NCBI RefSeq assembly: GCF_009914755.1
Contig: NC_060948.1
Length of the DNA: 64,000 nucleotides
Origin: the human T2T-CHM13v2.0 reference genome, Homo sapiens
Direction: 5' to 3' (one strand)
The position numbers and the translations under genes are program-made. The notes beneath the pieces were generated by a model. The model was not told the origin of the DNA. It saw only the letters and a list, made by a program, of their open reading frames with translations, and did not search any database. Shown piece after piece: positions 41,152-58,050 of this stretch. The stretch's first letter is position 1, and each line of letters opens with the position of its first letter.

Positions 41152-43279
41152 AGATCCATATTTTTTAAATGAAAAAAAATTTCAAAGGTACTCTGCTTGG
41201 TACAATAATCAAATGTATAAACTGAGGAATAAAACATAACCATGAAACCTACTTATAACTGCATATGGAAAATACAGAGGATAATTTTTTAAATAACATA
41301 TTTTGAAAGCCTTAACTAGTAATTTGAAGAGCTGGCATTTGAAAGGCCAGTATGAATATACCTTCAAAGCAGCAACACAGGATCCCCATGAGAAAAAGCA
41401 AACACAGGGAAAATAAAAACACAAAGGTTCAATCTCTTCTGACCTTTGAAAGACACAGCACAGACAGTGGTCCTTAGGACGAAGAGCAGGAGACCCCTAA
41501 TTCCGTCACCATGGCGATAGGGCATAAACATTGCTGGGTGAGGGCACAATCCACATTGTGAGGTCCAACTGCTGCCAGGAAGACAGGAGTGCTTTTACAT
41601 AGACCGAAAGGTCATTGAAGGCTCAGAGTTTTGTTTCAAGAACTGAATCCCAAGCCCACACGTTATTAGGCTGCGCTTCTTAAAACAAGTTATGAGATGG
41701 GAAAAAGGGCACCCACAAACATACGTATACATTATGTATATAATAATATACAGTATCATATATATAATATATATAACCTATGTATAATATTGTTTTACAT
41801 CCTGCATCTTATGTTATATATATTGTATAAAATATAATAATTGATAATATATAAGTTTTATAATTATACAATATGACATATAGAATATATTATAATTTAT
41901 GACATATATAATATATGTTATATGTCATATGTAGAATATATTATAGGGTTAATATACGTATTAAATATAAATTATACATTATATATATTATATATAATAT
42001 ATCTGTTATATATAATACCCATTATGCATAATATATATATTATGTCTATGTTATATATAGTATAAAACAACATATAATAATATATAATTGTATATATAAA
42101 ATGCGACATATAATATATATTATATTTTATAACATATGTAATATATATTATATATTATATATAATACGTTGTATGTATAATACCTATATTAAATATATAT
42201 TATATGACTATGTTATTAATTACATGTCACATGTGTTATATATTATATATTTTACATAGAATATACCGGTTACATACAATATACACTATGTTACCTATAA
42301 TGTATAATTTATTACATGTAAAATAAAGAATGCAATATATTATGTATAATTTATAATATACAATATGTGGAATGTGATATATATAACATATAATATATGA
42401 TATATGATATACAGTATATGATATATAACATACAATATATGATTCCTAATATATATGGTATACAATATATATTTCATGATATGTATTCTATATGTTTTAT
42501 ATTCTGTTATATATAACTATTTGAAATTATATATAACTGTATAATATTTTATGTAAATATGTAATATAATATATATAACTATATAATATATTATATATAA
42601 CTATATATTATGTTATATATACTTTTATAACATAATTTGCATAAAATATCATAACATAATATATATTATATTATTTCATATTACATAATATATATTACAT
42701 ATCACCCAATATAACTAACATACATAATATTATAATATAGATTATATTGTGTTATATTAAATATCATATATATCATGTATCATATATTCTATAATATATA
42801 TTACACATTATATAATATGTATGTTGTCTATTATGTGATATATATAACTCTATATATAATTATATTTTTATACATATAACTAGATAAACATGTAATTCTA
42901 CATATTTTCATTTATAATATGTAGAATTATATAATCATATATAATTATTTATATTCTATAAAAAATTTTATCATTATAGAAATTATAATATATAAAAATT
43001 ATAATATGTACTACAAATATATATATTATATATCATATATGATATAGTACCTTTGTTATATATCATAATACATATAAATGTGTATTATGTTATCTATAAT
43101 TATATAATTTCATATATAAGATGTATAATATGTATCATATATTATATATGTTATGTAATATATATAGTATATATAAGATGACACAGGATAAATATTATAT
43201 ACTATGACATATAAAATATATGAGGTTATATTTTACATATAAGGCATAGCACATAACATGTAATATATATCATATATAA

Positions 43280-43571
43280 TTTTTTTTTAGACAGAATCTT
43301 GTCCTGTTGCACAGGGTGGGGTAAAATGGCGCCATCTTTGCTCACTGCAACTTCTGCCTCACGGGTCCAAGCGATGGTCCTCCCTCAGCCTCCCAGGTAG
43401 CTGGGACTACACCACACTGGGACTACACCAGCTGCCACCATGCCTAGCTAATTTTTTGGATTTTTAGTAGTGACAGCGTTTCACTGTATTGGCCAGGATG
43501 GTCTTGATCTCTTCACCTTGTGATCCCCTTGCCTTGGCCTCCAAATTTGCTGGGATTACAGGCCTGAGCCA
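43280..43571 (-). mobile_element. Alu copy within satellite unit (subfamily B)
   Basis: Near-identical to 36021-36311. Confidence 0.92.
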
Positions 43572-45692
43572 AGATCCATATTTTTTAAATGAAAAAAAAT
43601 TTCAAAGGTACTCTGCTTGGTACAATAATCAAATGTATAAACTGAGGAATAAAACATACTCATGAAACCTACTTATAACTGCATATGGAAAATACAGAGG
43701 ATAATTTTTTAAATAACATATTTTGAAAGCCTTAACTAGTAATTTGAAGAGTTGGCATTTGAAAGGCCAGTATGAATATACCTTCAATGCAGCAACACAG
43801 GTTCCCCGTGAGAAAAAGCAAACACAGGGAAAATAAAAACACAAAGGTTCAATCTCTTCTGACCTTTGAAAGACACAGCACAGACAGTGGTCCTTAGGAC
43901 GAAGAGCAGGAGACCCCTAATTCCGTCACCATGGCGATAGTGCATAAACATTGCTGGGTGAGGGCACAATCCACATTGTGAGGTCCAACTGCTGCCAGGA
44001 AGACAGGAGTGCTTTTACATAGACCGAAAGGTCATTGAAGGCTCAGAGTTTTGTTTCAAGAACTGAATCCCAAGCCCACACGTTATTAGGCTGCGCTTCT
44101 TAAAACAAGTTATGAGATGGGAAAAAGGGCACCCACAAACATACGTATACATTATGTATATAATAATATAAAGTGTCATATATATAATATATATAACCTA
44201 TGTATAATATTGTTTTACATCCTGCATCTTATGTTATATATATTGTATAAAATATAATAATTGATAATATATAAGTTTTATAATTATACAATATGACATA
44301 TAGTATATATTATAATTTATGACATATATAATATATGTTATATATCATATACAGAATATATTATACGGTTAATATACGTATTAAATATAAATTATACATT
44401 ATATATATTATATATAATATATCTGTTATATATAATACCCATTATGCATAATATATATATTATGTCTATGTTATATATAGTATAAAACAACATATAATAA
44501 TATATAATTGTATATATAAAATGCGACATATAATATATATTATATTTTATAACATATGTAATATATATTATATATAATACGTTGTATGTATAATACCTAT
44601 ATTAAATATATATTATATGACTATGTTATTAATTACATGTCACATGTGTTATATATTATATATTTTACATAGAATATACCGGTTACATACAATATATACT
44701 ATGTTACCTATAATGTATAATTTATTACATGTAAAATAAAGAATGCAATATATTATGTATAATTTATAATATACAATATGTGGAATGTGATATATATAAC
44801 ATATAATATATGATATATGATATACAGTATATGATATATAACATACAATATATGATTCCTAATATATATGGTATACAATATATATTTTATGATATGTATT
44901 CTATATGTTTTATATTCTGTTATATATAACTATTTGAAATTATATATAACTGTATAATATTTTATGTAAATATGTAATATAATATATATAACTATATAAT
45001 ATATTATATATAACTATATATTATGTTATATATACTTTTATAACATAATTTACATAAAATATCATAATATAATATATATTATATTATTTCATATTACATA
45101 ATATATATTACATATCACCCAATATAACTAACATACATAATATTATAATATAGATTATATTGTGTTATATTAAATTTCATATATATCATGTATCATATAT
45201 TCTATAATATATATTACACATTATATAATATGTATGTTGTCTATTATGTGATATATATAACTATATATATAATTATATTTTTATACATATAACTAGATAA
45301 ACATGTAATTCTACATATTTTCATTTATAATATGTAGAATTATATAATCATATATAATTACTTATATTCCATAAAAAATTTTATCATTATAGAAATTATA
45401 ATATATAAAAATTATAATATGTACTACAAATATATATATTATATATCATATATGATATAGTACCTTTGTTATATATCATAATACATATAAATGTGTATTA
45501 TGTTATCTATAATTATATAATTTCATATATAAGATGTATAATATGTATCATATATTATATATGTTATGTAATATATATAGTATATATAAGATGACACAGG
45601 ATAAATATTATATACTATGACATATAAAATATATGAGGTTATATTTTACATATAAGGCATAGCACATAACATGTAATATATATCATATATAA

Positions 45693-45984
45693 TTTTTTTT
45701 TAGACAGAATCTTGTCCTGTTGCACAGGGTGGGGTAAAATGGCGCCATCTTTGCTCACTGCAACTTCTGCCTCACGGGTCCAAGCGATGGTCCTCCCTCA
45801 GCCTCCCAGGTAGCTGGGACTACACCACACTGGGACTACACCAGCTGCCACCATGCCTAGCTAATTTTTTGGATTTTTAGTAGTGACAGCGTTTCACTGT
45901 ATTGGCCAGGATGGTCTTGATCTCTTCACCTTGTGATCCCCTTGCCTTGGCCTCCAAATTTGCTGGGATTACAGGCCTGAGCCA
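45693..45984 (-). mobile_element. Alu copy within satellite unit (subfamily B)
   Basis: Near-identical to 43280-43571. Confidence 0.92.
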
Positions 45985-48105
45985 AGATCCATATTTTTTA
46001 AATGAAAAAAAATTTCAAAGGTACTCTGCTTGGTACAATAATCAAATGTATAAACTGAGGAATAAAACATACTCATGAAACCTACTTATAACTGCATATG
46101 GAAAATACAGAGGATAATTTTTTAAATAACATATTTTGAAAGCCTTAACTAGTAATTTGAAGAGTTGGCATTTGAAAGGCCAGTATGAATATACCTTCAA
46201 TGCAGCAACACAGGTTCCCCGTGAGAAAAAGCAAACACAGGGAAAATAAAAACACAAAGGTTCAATCTCTTCTGACCTTTGAAAGACACAGCACAGACAG
46301 TGGTCCTTAGGACGAAGAGCAGGAGACCCCTAATTCCGTCACCATGGCGATAGTGCATAAACATTGCTGGGTGAGGGCACAATCCACATTGTGAGGTCCA
46401 ACTGCTGCCAGGAAGACAGGAGTGCTTTTACATAGACCGAAAGGTCATTGAAGGCTCAGAGTTTTGTTTCAAGAACTGAATCCCAAGCCCACACGTTATT
46501 AGGCTGCGCTTCTTAAAACAAGTTATGAGATGGGAAAAAGGGCACCCACAAACATACGTATACATTATGTATATAATAATATAAAGTGTCATATATATAA
46601 TATATATAACCTATGTATAATATTGTTTTACATCCTGCATCTTATGTTATATATATTGTATAAAATATAATAATTGATAATATATAAGTTTTATAATTAT
46701 ACAATATGACATATAGTATATATTATAATTTATGACATATATAATATATGTTATATATCATATACAGAATATATTATACGGTTAATATACGTATTAAATA
46801 TAAATTATACATTATATATATTATATATAATATATCTGTTATATATAATACCCATTATGCATAATATATATATTATGTCTATGTTATATATAGTATAAAA
46901 CAACATATAATAATATATAATTGTATATATAAAATGCGACATATAATATATATTATATTTTATAACATATGTAATATATATTATATATAATACGTTGTAT
47001 GTATAATACCTATATTAAATATATATTATATGACTATGTTATTAATTACATGTCACATGTGTTATATATTATATATTTTACATAGAATATACCGGTTACA
47101 TACAATATATACTATGTTACCTATAATGTATAATTTATTACATGTAAAATAAAGAATGCAATATATTATGTATAATTTATAATATACAATATGTGGAATG
47201 TGATATATATAACATATAATATATGATATATGATATACAGTATATGATATATAACATACAATATATGATTCCTAATATATATGGTATACAATATATATTT
47301 TATGATATGTATTCTATATGTTTTATATTCTGTTATATATAACTATTTGAAATTATATATAACTGTATAATATTTTATGTAAATATGTAATATAATATAT
47401 ATAACTATATAATATATTATATATAACTATATATTATGTTATATATACTTTTATAACATAATTTACATAAAATATCATAATATAATATATATTATATTAT
47501 TTCATATTACATAATATATATTACATATCACCCAATATAACTAACATACATAATATTATAATATAGATTATATTGTGTTATATTAAATTTCATATATATC
47601 ATGTATCATATATTCTATAATATATATTACACATTATATAATATGTATGTTGTCTATTATGTGATATATATAACTATATATATAATTATATTTTTATACA
47701 TATAACTAGATAAACATGTAATTCTACATATTTTCATTTATAATATGTAGAATTATATAATCATATATAATTACTTATATTCCATAAAAAATTTTATCAT
47801 TATATAAATTATAATATATAAAAATTATAATATGTACTACAAATATGTATATTATATATCATATATGATATAGTACCTTTGTTATATATCATAATACATA
47901 TAAATGTGTATTATGTTATCTATAATTATATAATTTCATATATAAGATGTATAATATGTATCATATATTATATATGTTATGTAATATATATAGTGTATAT
48001 AAGATGACACAGGATAAATATTATATACTATGACATATAAAATATATGAGGTTATATGTTACATATAAGGCATAGCACATAACATGTAATATATATCATA
48101 TATAA

Positions 48106-48397
48106 TTTTTTTTTAGACAGAATCTTGTCCTGTTGCACAGGGTGGGGTACAATGGCGCCATCTTTGCTCACTGCAACTTCTGCCTCACGGGTCCAAGCGA
48201 TGGTCCTCCCTCAGCCTCCCAGGTAGCTGGGACTACACCACACTGGGACTACACCAGCTGCCACCATGCCTAGCTAATTTTTTGGATTTTTAGTAGTGAC
48301 AGCCTTTCACTGTATTGGCCAGGATGGTCTTGATCTCTTCACCTTGTGATCCCCTTGCCTTGGCCTCCAAATTTGCTGGGATTACAGGCCTGAGCCA
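48106..48397 (-). mobile_element. Alu copy within satellite unit (subfamily B)
   Basis: Near-identical to 36021-36311. Confidence 0.92.
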
Positions 48398-50518
48398 AGA
48401 TCCATATTTTTTAAATGAAAAAAAATTTCAAAGGTACTCTGCTTGGTACAATAATCAAATGTATAAACTGAGGAATAAAACATACCCATGAAACCTACTT
48501 ATAACTGCATATGGAAAATACAGAGGATGATTTTTTAAATAACATATTTTGAAAGCCTTAACTAGTAATTTGAAGAGTTGGCATTTGAAAGGCCAGTATG
48601 AATATACCTTCAATGCAGCAACACAGGTTCCCCATGAGAAAAAGCAAACACAGGGAAAATAAAAACACAAAGGTTCAATCTCTTCTGACCTTTGAAAGAC
48701 ACAGCACAGACAGTGGTCCTTAGGACGAATAGCAGGAGACCCCTAATTCCGTCACCATGGCGATAGTGCATAAACATTGCTGGGTGAGGGCACAATCCAC
48801 ATTGTGAGGTCCAACTGCTGCCAGGAAGACAGGAGTGCTTTTACATAGACCGAAAGGTCATTGAAGGCTCAGAGTTTTGTTTCAAGAACTGAATCCCAAG
48901 CCCACACGTTATTAGGCTGCGCTTCTTAAAACAAGTTATGAGATGGGAAAAAGGGCACCCACAAACATACGTATACATTATGTATATAATAATATAAAGT
49001 GTCATATATATAATATATATAACCTATGTATAATATTGTTTTACATCCTGCATCTTATGTTATATATATTGTATAAAATATAATAATTGATAATATATAA
49101 GTTTTATAATTATACAATATGACATATAGTATATATTATAATTTATGACATATATAATATATGTTATATATCATATACAGAATATATTATACGGTTAATA
49201 TACGTATTAAATATAAATTATACATTATATATATTATATATAATATATCTGTTATATATAATACCCATTATGCATAATATATATATTATGTCTATGTTAT
49301 ATATAGTATAAAACAACATATAATAATATATAATTGTATATATAAAATGCGACATATAATATATATTATATTTTATAACATATGTAATATATATTATATA
49401 TAATACGTTGTATGTATAATACCTATATTAAATATATATTATATGACTATGTTATTAATTACATGTCACATGTGTTATATATTATATATTTTACATAGAA
49501 TATACCGGTTACATACAATATATACTATGTTACCTATAATGTATAATTTATTACATGTAAAATAAAGAATGCAATATATTATGTATAATTTATAATATAC
49601 AATATGTGGAATGTGATATATATAACATATAATATATGATATATGATATACAGTATATGATATATAACATACAATATATGATTCCAAATATATATGGTAT
49701 ACAATATATATTTTATGATATGTATTCTATATGTTTTATATTCTGTTATATATAACTATTTGAAATTATATATAACTGTATAATATTTTATGTAAATATG
49801 TAATATAATATATATAACTATATAATATATTATATATAACTATATATTATGTTATATATACTTTTATAACATAATTTACATAAAATATCATAATATAATA
49901 TATATTATATTATTTCATATTACATAATATATATTACATATCACCCAATATAACTAACATACATAATATTATAATATAGATTATATTGTGTTATATTAAA
50001 TTTCATATATATCATGTATCATATATTCTATAATATATATTACACATTATATAATATGTATGTTGTCTATTATGTGATATATATAACTATATATATAATT
50101 ATATTTTTATACATATAACTAGATAAACATGTAATTCTACATATTTTCATTTATAATATGTAGAATTATATAATCATATATAATTACTTATATTCCATAA
50201 AAAATTATATCATTATATAAATTATAATATATAAAAATTATAATATGTACTACAAATATATATATTATATATCATATATGATATAGTACCTTTGTTATAT
50301 ATCATAATACATATAAATGTGTATTATGTTATCTATAATTATATAATTTCATATATAAGATGTATAATATGTATCATATATTATATATGTTATGTAATAT
50401 ATATAGTGTATATAAGATGACACAGGATAAATATTATATACTATGACATATAAAATATATGAGGTTATATGTTACATATAAGGCATAGCACATAACATGT
50501 AATATATATCATATATAA

Positions 50519-50810
50519 TTTTTTTTTAGACAGAATCTTGTCCTGTTGCACAGGGTGGGGTACAATGGCGCCATCTTTGCTCACTGCAACTTCTGCCTCA
50601 CGGGTCCAAGCGATTGTCCTCCCTGAGCCTCCCAGGTAGCTGGGACTACACCACACTGGGACTACACCAGCTGCCACCATGCCTAGCTAATTTTTTGGAT
50701 TTTTAGTAGTGACAGCGTTTCACTGTATTGGCCAGGATGGTCTTGATCTCTTCACCTTGTGATCCCCTTGCCTTGGCCTCCAAATTTGCTGGGATTACAG
50801 GCCTGAGCCA
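50519..50810 (-). mobile_element. Alu copy within satellite unit (subfamily B)
   Basis: Near-identical to 36021-36311. Confidence 0.92.
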
Positions 50811-52914
50811 AGATCCATATTTTTTAAATGAAAAAAAATTTCAAAGGTACTCTGCTTGGTACAATAATCAAATGTATAAACTGAGGAATAAAACATAACC
50901 ATGAAACCTACTTATAACTGCATATGGAAAATACAGAGGATAATTTTTTAAATAACATATTTTGAAAGCCTTAACTAGTAATTTGAAGAGTTGGCATTTG
51001 AAAGGCCAGTATGAATATACCTTCAAAGCAGCAACACAGGTTCCCCATGAGAAAAAGCAAACACAGGGAAAATAAAAACACAAAGGTTCAATCTCTTCTG
51101 ACCTTTGAAAGACACAGCACAGACAGTGGTCCTTAGGACGAAGAGCAGGAGACCCCTAATTCCGTCACCATGGCGATAGGGCATAAACATTGCTGGGTGA
51201 GGGCACAATCCACATTGTGAGGTCCAACTGCTGCCAGGAAGACAGGAGTGCTTTTACATAGACCGAAAGGTCATTGAAGGCTCAGAGTTTTGTTTCAAGA
51301 ACTGAATCCCAAGCCCACACGTTATTAGCCTGCACTTCTTAAAACAAGTTATGAGATGGGAAAAAGGGCACCCACAAACATACGTATACATTATGTATAT
51401 AATAATATACAGTGTCATATATATAATATATATAACCTATGTATAATATTGTTTTACATCCTGCATCTTATGTTATATATATTGTATAAAATATAATAAT
51501 TGATAATATATAACTTTTATAATTATACAATATGACATATAGTATATATTATAATTTATGACATATATAATATATGTTATATATCATATACAGAATATAT
51601 TATACGGTTAATATACGTATTAAATATAAATTATACATTATATATATTATATATAATATATCTGTTATATATAATACCCATTATGCATAATATATATATT
51701 ATGTCTATGTTATATATAGTATAAAACAACATATAATAATATATAATTGTATATATAAATGCGACATATAATATATATTATATTTTATAACATATGTAAT
51801 ATATATTATATATTATATATAATACGTTGTATGTATAATACCTATATTAAATATATATTATATGACTATGTTATTAATTACATGTCACATGTGTTATATA
51901 TTATATATTTTACATAGAATATACCGGTTACATACAATATATACCATGTTACCTATAATGTATAATTTATTACATGTAAAATAAAGAATGCAATATATTA
52001 TGTATAATTTATAATATACAATATGTGGAATGTGATATATATAACATATAATATATGATATATGATATACAGTATATGATATATAACATACAATATATGA
52101 TTCCTAATATATATGGTATACAATATATATTTTATGATATGTATTCTATATGTTTTATATTCTGTTATATATAACTATTTGAAATTATATATAACTGTAT
52201 AATATTTTATGTAAATATGTAATATAATATATATAACTATATAATATATTATATATAACTATATATTATGTTATATATACTTTTATAACATAATTTACAT
52301 AAAATATCATAATATAATATATATTATATTATTTCATATTACATAATATATATTACATATCACCCAATATAACTAACATACATAATATTATAATATAGAT
52401 TATATTATGTTATATTAAATATCATATATATCATGTATCATATATTCTATAATATATATTACACATTATATAATATGTATGTTGTCTATTATGTGATATA
52501 TATAACTATATATATAATTAAATTTTTATACATATAACTAGATAAACATGTAATTCTACATATTTTCATTTATAATATGTAGAAGTATATAATCATATAT
52601 AATTATTTATATTCTATAAAAAGTTTTATCATTATATAAATTATAATATATAAAAATTATAATATGTACTACAAATATATATATTATATATCATATATGA
52701 TATAGTACCTTTGTTATATATCATAATACATATAAATGTGTATTATGTTATCTATAATTATATAATTTCATATATAAGATGTATAATATGTATCATATAT
52801 TATATATGTTATGTAATATATATAGTATATATAAGATGACACAGGATAAATATTATATACTATGACATATAAAATATATGAGGTTATATGTTACATATAA
52901 GGCATAGCACATAA

Positions 52915-53229
<315 letters not shown>

Positions 53230-55355
53230 AGATCCATATTTTTTAAATGAAAAAAAATTTCAAAGGTACTCTGCTTGGTACAATAATCAAATGTATAAAC
53301 TGAGGAATAAAACATAACCATGAAACCTACTTATAACTGCATATGGAAAATACAGAGGATAATTTTTTAAATAACATATTTTGAAAGCCTTAACTAGTAA
53401 TTTGAAGAGTTGGCATTTGAAAGGCCAGTATGAATATACCTTCAAAGCAGCAACACAGGTTCCCCATGAGAAAAAGCAAACACAGGGAAAATAAAAACAC
53501 AAAGGTTCAATCTCTTCTGACCTTTGAAAGACACAGCACAGACAGTGGTCCTTAGGACGAAGAGCAGGAGACCCCTAATTCCGTCACCATGGCGATAGGG
53601 CATAAACATTGCTGGGTGAGGGCACAATCCACATTGTGAGGTCCAACTGCTGCCAGGAAGACAGGAGTGCTTTTACATAGACCGAAAGGTCATTGAAGGC
53701 TCAGAGTTTTGTTTCAACAACTGAATCCCAAGCCCACACGTTATTAGGCTGCGCTTCTTAAAACAAGTTATGAGATGGGAAAAAGGGCACCCACAAACAT
53801 GCGTATACATTATGTATATAATAATATAGAGTGTCATATATATAATATATATAACCTATGTATAATATTGTTTTACATCCTGCATCTTATGTTATATATA
53901 TTGTATAAAATATAATAATTGATAATATATAATTTTATAATTATACAATATGACATATAGTATATATTATAATTTATGACATATATAATATATGTTATAT
54001 ATCATATACAGAATATATTATACGGTTAATATACGTATTAAATATAAATTATACATTATATATATTATATATAATATATCTGTTATATATAATACCCATT
54101 ATGCATAATATATATATTATGTCTATGTTATATATAGTATAAAACAACATATAATAATATATAATTGTATATATAAATGCGACATATAATATATATTATA
54201 TTTTATAACATATGTAATATATATTATATATTATATATAATACGTTGTATGTATAATACCTATATTAAATATATATTATATGACTATGTTATTAATTACA
54301 TGTCACATGTGTTATATATTATATATTTTACATAGAATATACCGGTTACATACAATATATACCATGTTACCTATAATGTATAATTTATTACATGTAAAAT
54401 AAAGAATGCAATATATTATGTATAATTTATAATATACAATATGTGGAATGTGATATATATAACATATAATATATGATATATGATATACAGTATATGATAT
54501 ATAACATACAATATATGATTCCTAATATATATGGTATACAATATATATTTTATGATATGTATTCTATATGTTTTATATTCTGTTATATATAACTATTTGA
54601 AATTATATATAACTGTATAATATTTTATGTAAATATGTAATATAATATATATAACTATATAATATATTATATATAACTATATATTATGTTATATATACTT
54701 TTATAACATAATTTACATAAAATATCATAATATAATATATATTATATTATTTCATATTACATAATATATATTACATATCACCCAATATAACTAACATACA
54801 TAATATTATAATATAGATTATATTATGTTATATTAAATATCATATATATCATGTATCATATATTCTATAATATATATTACACATTATATAATATGTATGT
54901 TGTCTATTATGTGATATATATAACTCTATATATAATTATATTTTTATACATATAACTAGATAAACATGTAATTCTACATATTTTCATTTATAACATGTAG
55001 AATTATATAATCATATATAATTATTTATATTCTATAAAAAATTTTATCATTATATAAATTATAATATATAAAAATTATAATATGTACTACAAATATATAT
55101 ATTATATATCATATATGATATAGTACCTTTGTTATATATCATAATACATATAAATGTGTATTATGTTATCTATAATTATATAATTTCATATATAAGATGT
55201 ATAATATGTATCATATATTATACATGTTATGTAATATATATAGTATATATAAGATGACACAGGATAAATATTATATACTATGACATATAAAATATAGGAG
55301 CTTATATTTTACATATAAGGCATAGCACATAACATGTAATATATATCATATATAA

Positions 55356-55647
55356 TTTTTTTTTAGACAGAATCTTGTCCTGTTGCACAGGGTGGGGTAC
55401 AATGGCGCCATCTTTGCTCACTGCAACTTCTGCCTCACGGGTCCAAGCGATGGTCCTCCCTCAGCCTCCCAGGTAGCTGGGACTACACCACACTGGGACT
55501 ACACCAGCTGCCACCATGCGTAGCTAATTTTTTGGATTTTTAGTAGTGACAGCGTTTCACTGTATTGGCCAGGATGGTCTTGATCTCTTCACCTTGTGAT
55601 CCCCTTGCCTTGGCCTCCAAATTTGCTGGGATTACAGGCCTGAGCCA
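55356..55647 (-). mobile_element. Alu copy within satellite unit (subfamily B)
   Basis: Near-identical to 36021-36311. Confidence 0.92.
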
Positions 55648-57751
55648 AGATCCATATTTTTTAAATGAAAAAAAATTTCAAAGGTACTCTGCTTGGTACA
55701 ATAATCAAATGTATAAACTGAGGAATAAAACATACCCATGAAACCTACTTATAACTGCATATGGAAAATACAGAGGATAATTTTTTAAATAACATATTTT
55801 GAAAGCCTTAACTAGTAATTTGAAGAGTTGGCATTTGAAAGGCCAGTATGAATATACCTTCAATGCAGCAACACAGGTTCCCCATGAGAAAAAGCAAACA
55901 CAGGGAAAATAAAAACACAAAGGTTCAATCTCTTCTGACCTTTGAAAGACACAGCACAGACAGTGGTCCTTAGGACGAAGAGCAGGAGACCCCTAATTCC
56001 GTCACCATGGCGATAGTGCATAAACATTGCTGGGTGAGGGCACAATCCACATTGTGAGGTCCAACTGCTGCCAGGAAGACAGGAGTGCTTTTACATAGAC
56101 CGAAAGGTCATTGAAGGCTCAGAGTTTTGTTTCAAGAACTGAATCCCAAGCCCACACGTTATTAGGCTGCGCTTCTTAAAACAAGTTATGATATGGGAAA
56201 AAGGGCACCCACAAACATACGTATACATTATGTATATAATAATATACAGTGTCATATATATAATATATATAACCTATGTATAATATTGTTTTACATCCTG
56301 CATCTTATGTTATATATATTGTATAAAATATAATAATTGATAATATATAACTTTTATAATTATACAATATGACATATAGTATATATTATAATTTATGACA
56401 TATATAATATATGTTATATATCATATACAGAATATATTATACGGTTAATATACGTATTAAATATAAATTATACATTATATATATTATATATAATATATCT
56501 GTTATATATAATACCCATTATGCATAATATATATATTATGTCTATATTATATATAGTATAAAACAACATATAATAATATATAATTGTATATATAAATGCG
56601 ACATATAATATATATTATATTTTATAACATATGTAATATATATTATATATTATATATAATACGTTGTATGTATAATACCTATATTAAATATATATTATAT
56701 GACTATGTTATTAATTACATGTCACATGTGTTATATATTATATATTTTACATAGAATATACCGGTTACATACAATATATACCATGTTACCTATAATGTAT
56801 AATTTATTACATGTAAAATAAAGAATGCAATATATTATGTATAATTTATAATATACAATATGTGGAATGTGATATATATAACATATAATATATGATATAT
56901 GATATACAGTATATGATATATAACATACAATATATGATTCCTAATATATATGGTATACAATATATATTTTATGATATGTATTCTATATGTTTTATATTCT
57001 GTTATATATAACTATTTGAAATTATATATAACTGTATAATATTTTATGTAAATATGTAATATAATATATATAACTATATAATATATTATATATAACTATA
57101 TATTATGTTATATATACTTTTATAACATAATTTACATAAAATATCATAATATAATATATATTATATTATTTCATATTACATAATATATATTACATATCAC
57201 CCAATATAACTAACATACATAATATTATAATATAGATTATATTATGTTATATTAAATATCATATATATCATGTATCATATATTCTATAATATATATTACA
57301 CATTATATAATATGTATGTTGTCTATTATGTGATATATATAACTCTATATATAATTATATTTTTATACATATAACTAGATAAACATGTAATTCTACATAT
57401 TTTCATTTATAATATGTAGAATTATATAATCATATATAATTATTTATATTCTATAAAAAATTTTATCATTATATAAATTATAATATATAAAATTTATAAT
57501 ATGTACTACAAATATATATATTATATATCATATATGATATAGTACCTTTGTTATATATCATAATACATATAAATGTGTATTATGTTATCTATAATTATAT
57601 AATTTCATATATAAGATGTATAATATGTATCATATATTATATATGTTATGTAATATATATAGTGTATATAAGATGACACAGGATAAATATTATATACTAT
57701 GACATATAAAATATATGAGGTTATATGTTACATATAAGGCATAGCACATAA

Positions 57752-58050
<299 letters not shown>

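Noticed and set aside
50465-50680. 71-aa ORF containing SPSYLGG...[11 protein letters not shown]
   Set aside because: Typical spurious Alu translation, opened by one SNP.
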